A DNA stretch of 64,000 nt from Eledone cirrhosa (lineage: Eukaryota), in NCBI GenBank assembly GCA_964016885.1, contig OZ024742.1, positions 301,072,001 through 301,136,000 of the forward strand, in the 5' to 3' direction. Under the pieces are notes generated by a model, which was not told where the DNA came from, did no database searches, and saw only the letters and a program-made list of their open reading frames with translations. Every line of letters starts with the position of its first letter. Position 1 is the stretch's first letter. The translations under genes were made by a program, and so were the position numbers. This document shows positions 60,700 to 64,000 of the stretch, piece after piece.

Positions 60700-61210
60700 A
60701 TATTATTGTAGTAGTAATAGTAGTTGCAGCAGTGGTAATAATAGTAGCAGAAGTGGTAGTATTAGTCATGGTCATAATAGTACAATAGCAGCATTAGTAG
60801 TAGTAGTGTTAGTAGTAGTATTAGTAATAGCAGCAGTATTAGTAATATTGGTTGTAGTAGTGGTGGTGGTAGTATTAGTCAAAGTAGTAATAGTAGCAGT
60901 AGAAGTAATGTTGGTGGTGGTAGTATTATTCATGGTCATAATAGTAGCAATAGCAGCATTAGTAGTAGTAGTGTTAGTAGTAGTATTAGTAATAGCAGCA
61001 GTAGTAGTAATAATAGTAGTAGCTGGCATTGTAACAGTAGCAGTAGTAGTGGTAGTATTAGTTATGGTCACAGTAGTAGTAGTAATAATAGTAGTAGTAG
61101 TGGTGGTGGTAGTATTAGTCAAAGTAGTAATAGTAGCAGTAGAAGTAATGTTGGTGGTGGTAGTATTATTCATGGTCATAATAGCAGCAGTAGTAGTAGT
61201 AATAATGATA
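60700..61210. repeat. (GTA/GTG)n-derived compound repeat with internal duplications
   Basis: Repeated gtagtattagtcaaagtagtaatagtagcagtagaagtaatg blocks. Confidence 0.85.
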
Positions 61211-61609
61211 ACAGTAAAAATAGATAAAACAAACAAAAATAGAGGCAAATAATAAAAAAAAAGACCCAAACAAATACAATCAAACGATTTCTTTTACAAC
61301 ATCAAAATGGCGTATTTGATGTAAAGAGAAACAGTCTCGGTGATGTGGAAATTACAGAGAATGGAATAATTCTGTCAAAGGATACTCAAAATTTATGAAA
61401 TGGGGAAAAAACAAAACAACAAAAACAAAACAAAACAACAAACAAAAAAGCAAAAACACCAAAAAAACAACAAAAAAAGATAAACAAAAAACAACCACGA
61501 ATGATTGGCAAAAATTATATGACGTAATATCTCTGTATATCGTATATGGCAGATGTAATAAGATATTTATAATGAATAAATGGTATAGAGAAAGATGATG
61601 AAAATGTTG

Positions 61610-62700
61610 ATAATAATTGTTTCTACTTTTAGCACGAGGCCAGCAATTATTCCAGTGCATTACTGGTACTTTATTTTATCGACCACGTGATGATGATGGT
61701 GATGGTGTTGATGATAGTGATAGTGTTGATGATGGCAATGGTGTTGATGATAATGATAGTGTTGGTGGTGGTGGTTTCTCATTTTGGCACAACGCCAGCA
61801 ACTTAGTGCAGAAATGAAAGTCTATTATATCAATCGAAGTATTTAAATGGTAGTTTATTTTATCGACCTCGGAAGGATGAAAATCAACGTTGACCACGGC
61901 GGTATTTAAACTCAGAACGTCAGGGTCTAAATTAAATACTGTTAAGAATGTGTCCGATGCTTTAACGACTCATTACAATACTCTTAAATGATTTCTAAGT
62001 TTGGCACAAGGCCAGGAATTTGAAGGGAGAAAGTCGATTATATTGGTTCCAGTACGTGGTTGGAATTTTATTATATCAGCTCTGGAGAGATGAAAAGCTA
62101 AGTCAACTTCGATGGGATTTGAATTGAGAACATAGACTGCTGGAACATAGACTGCTGAAACCGCAAACAATCGTGTTTAATGTTCTAACGATTCCGCTAA
62201 TCCACCATCTTTATGCTTTCTAATTTAGATACATAATTAACAGTTTACGAAAAAGAGAAAGTGTTTTATATTGACCATAGAAATTTATTTTATTGATATC
62301 GAAAGAATGAAAGGTAAATTTAACCGTGACAGAATATGAACTAGGAATGTAAAAAGCTGGCGAAAATAAAACATAAAACAGTAGATTCTCCACTGTAACC
62401 AATCCGCCAACCCACCAACAATAATTATTTCTACTTTTGGCACAAGGCCAGCAATTATCCCAGTGCATTATTGAACAGTAATAATTGTTTCTAACATAGG
62501 TACAACAATGATAGCAATGTTGGGAAGAGGATAGTCGATTTAATAGATCAAAATAATTCACTGATACTTTATTTTATCGACCTGGAATATTGCAAGACAA
62601 AGCTAACCGCGGCTGCATTTGAATTCTGAACGTAAAAGGCTGTAACTAAATACTAGAAATCATTTTATCCGATGTTCTAACGATTCCATCAATCCACGGC
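61610..62700 (-). mobile_element. Cluster of diverged Meta-type SINE copies
   Basis: Repeated tttctacttt.ggcacaaggccag...ttttatcgac...gatgaaa. Confidence 0.7.
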
Positions 62701-63609
62701 CCCTTAAGCCACCAAACATAATGACACTCAACTACTCGAATGGTACGAGATATATATAATCAAATGATTATTAAATACCAATTTATCAATCTGTAACAGA
62801 ACATCGAGGAAGAACTGAAAAATGTCTAGATAAGTGATACACTGATTTTCTCTGGAATGCATTGCTCTTTACCACACGTAATTAATGTATGAAATATATT
62901 TGTACTGGCCAACTTTTGTATATCAGGTTTAAACAAGTCAACAAATCGCTAGACTAATTCAGTTTACGTGCAAACAAACCGCTGAAGTGTCAGACCAATT
63001 TAGTCCTCCCAACATATGATAAATGATAAATAGTTTCTAATTTAGGGACAAGACCAAATAAATGATAAATAGAGAAAGTAAAAACCGTACCATTTAGCTT
63101 TATGTGAAAAGTGTTTTGCATATGTTTCATACTTAAATACTTAAATTATACAACTAGATATATCATGCAAAACTTGAAACCAACGACAACTACAGAATAA
63201 CTCCTAGGAAAGTATAATTATATTTAAAAAAAAAAAAAATCAGGTGTGTAGAGGATCATAATGTGTTAGAATGGACGATGATGAGAAAAATGTTGGGAAA
63301 TGCTGCTGTAAAGTTTGCTGAATATATATATATATATATAAAATATATTAATAAATGGAAACTATATTTATTAATATATTGAATATTTACGCCAGTTAAC
63401 TGTTGAGCGCTTTATGTCAGTTATAAACTTTTAAGCTTGTTGGAATCCCAACAAATTAAATATAACTTATGCATATATATATATATATATTTTAAAATAA
63501 CAGAATAAAGTTTGAGCAAAGAATCGCTGCTCTACGGTTCTTATATATTTGATATATATTTATCCTTATCGAGCCCTCTTTGGATTTTAGTCTTCAAATT
63601 TATTATTAT

Positions 63610-63647
<38 letters not shown>

Positions 63648-63821
63648 GAGGAGAAATAAATATATACAGGAGGAGAAATATATATATATATATATATATA
63701 TATGCGTATACGCATAGAGCTTAACTAGCTACCGTCACATATTTGGTAGGTCAGACGTGATCATCGCGATTCACATACGACCTACCATACATCTTACTTA
63801 TATATATATATACAGGAGGAG

Positions 63822-63869
<48 letters not shown>

Positions 63870-64000
63870 GAGCAGAAATATATATATATGAGGAGAAATG
63901 TTCATACTTGTTTTAACTTCAAAATATCATGGCTGCATTTATCGTATGAATCATATAGGGAAGGATGGAAGTGACTTATATCCAGGGTACTGCTACTTCT

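Noticed and set aside
60772-61269. Mucin-like Thr-rich ORF
   Set aside because: Derived from the (GTA)n compound repeat

Overview
AT-rich, repeat-dominated eukaryotic DNA whose SINE/LINE repertoire resembles an octopod cephalopod (inference from repeat families). The only host gene I can support is the last two coding exons of a hexosaminidase D-like (GH20) gene (2415-2501, 3429-3618, +). The rest is transposon debris and simple repeats: a Tx1/L1-type LINE 3' end, two ZMYM1/DUF4371-type hAT transposons (one nearly intact with an 8-bp TSD), a Chapaev3-like element with TAA TSD, a Tigger-like MITE, a Tc1/mariner remnant, RTE and CR1/L2-group LINEs, many tRNA-derived SINEs and about 16 kb of (TA)n-derived satellite. 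Most long ORFs in the track are translations of that satellite. The main signal is a dense set of about 11 type I hammerhead-ribozyme motifs (CUGANGA-stem II-GAAA-stem III-NUH). Five have intact cores and the rest are degenerate. They sit in short, mutually dissimilar Penelope-like/retrozyme-like modules beside (TA)n tracts, as fold-backs, tandem units or direct-repeat units. All identifications were made by eye and need database and structural confirmation.
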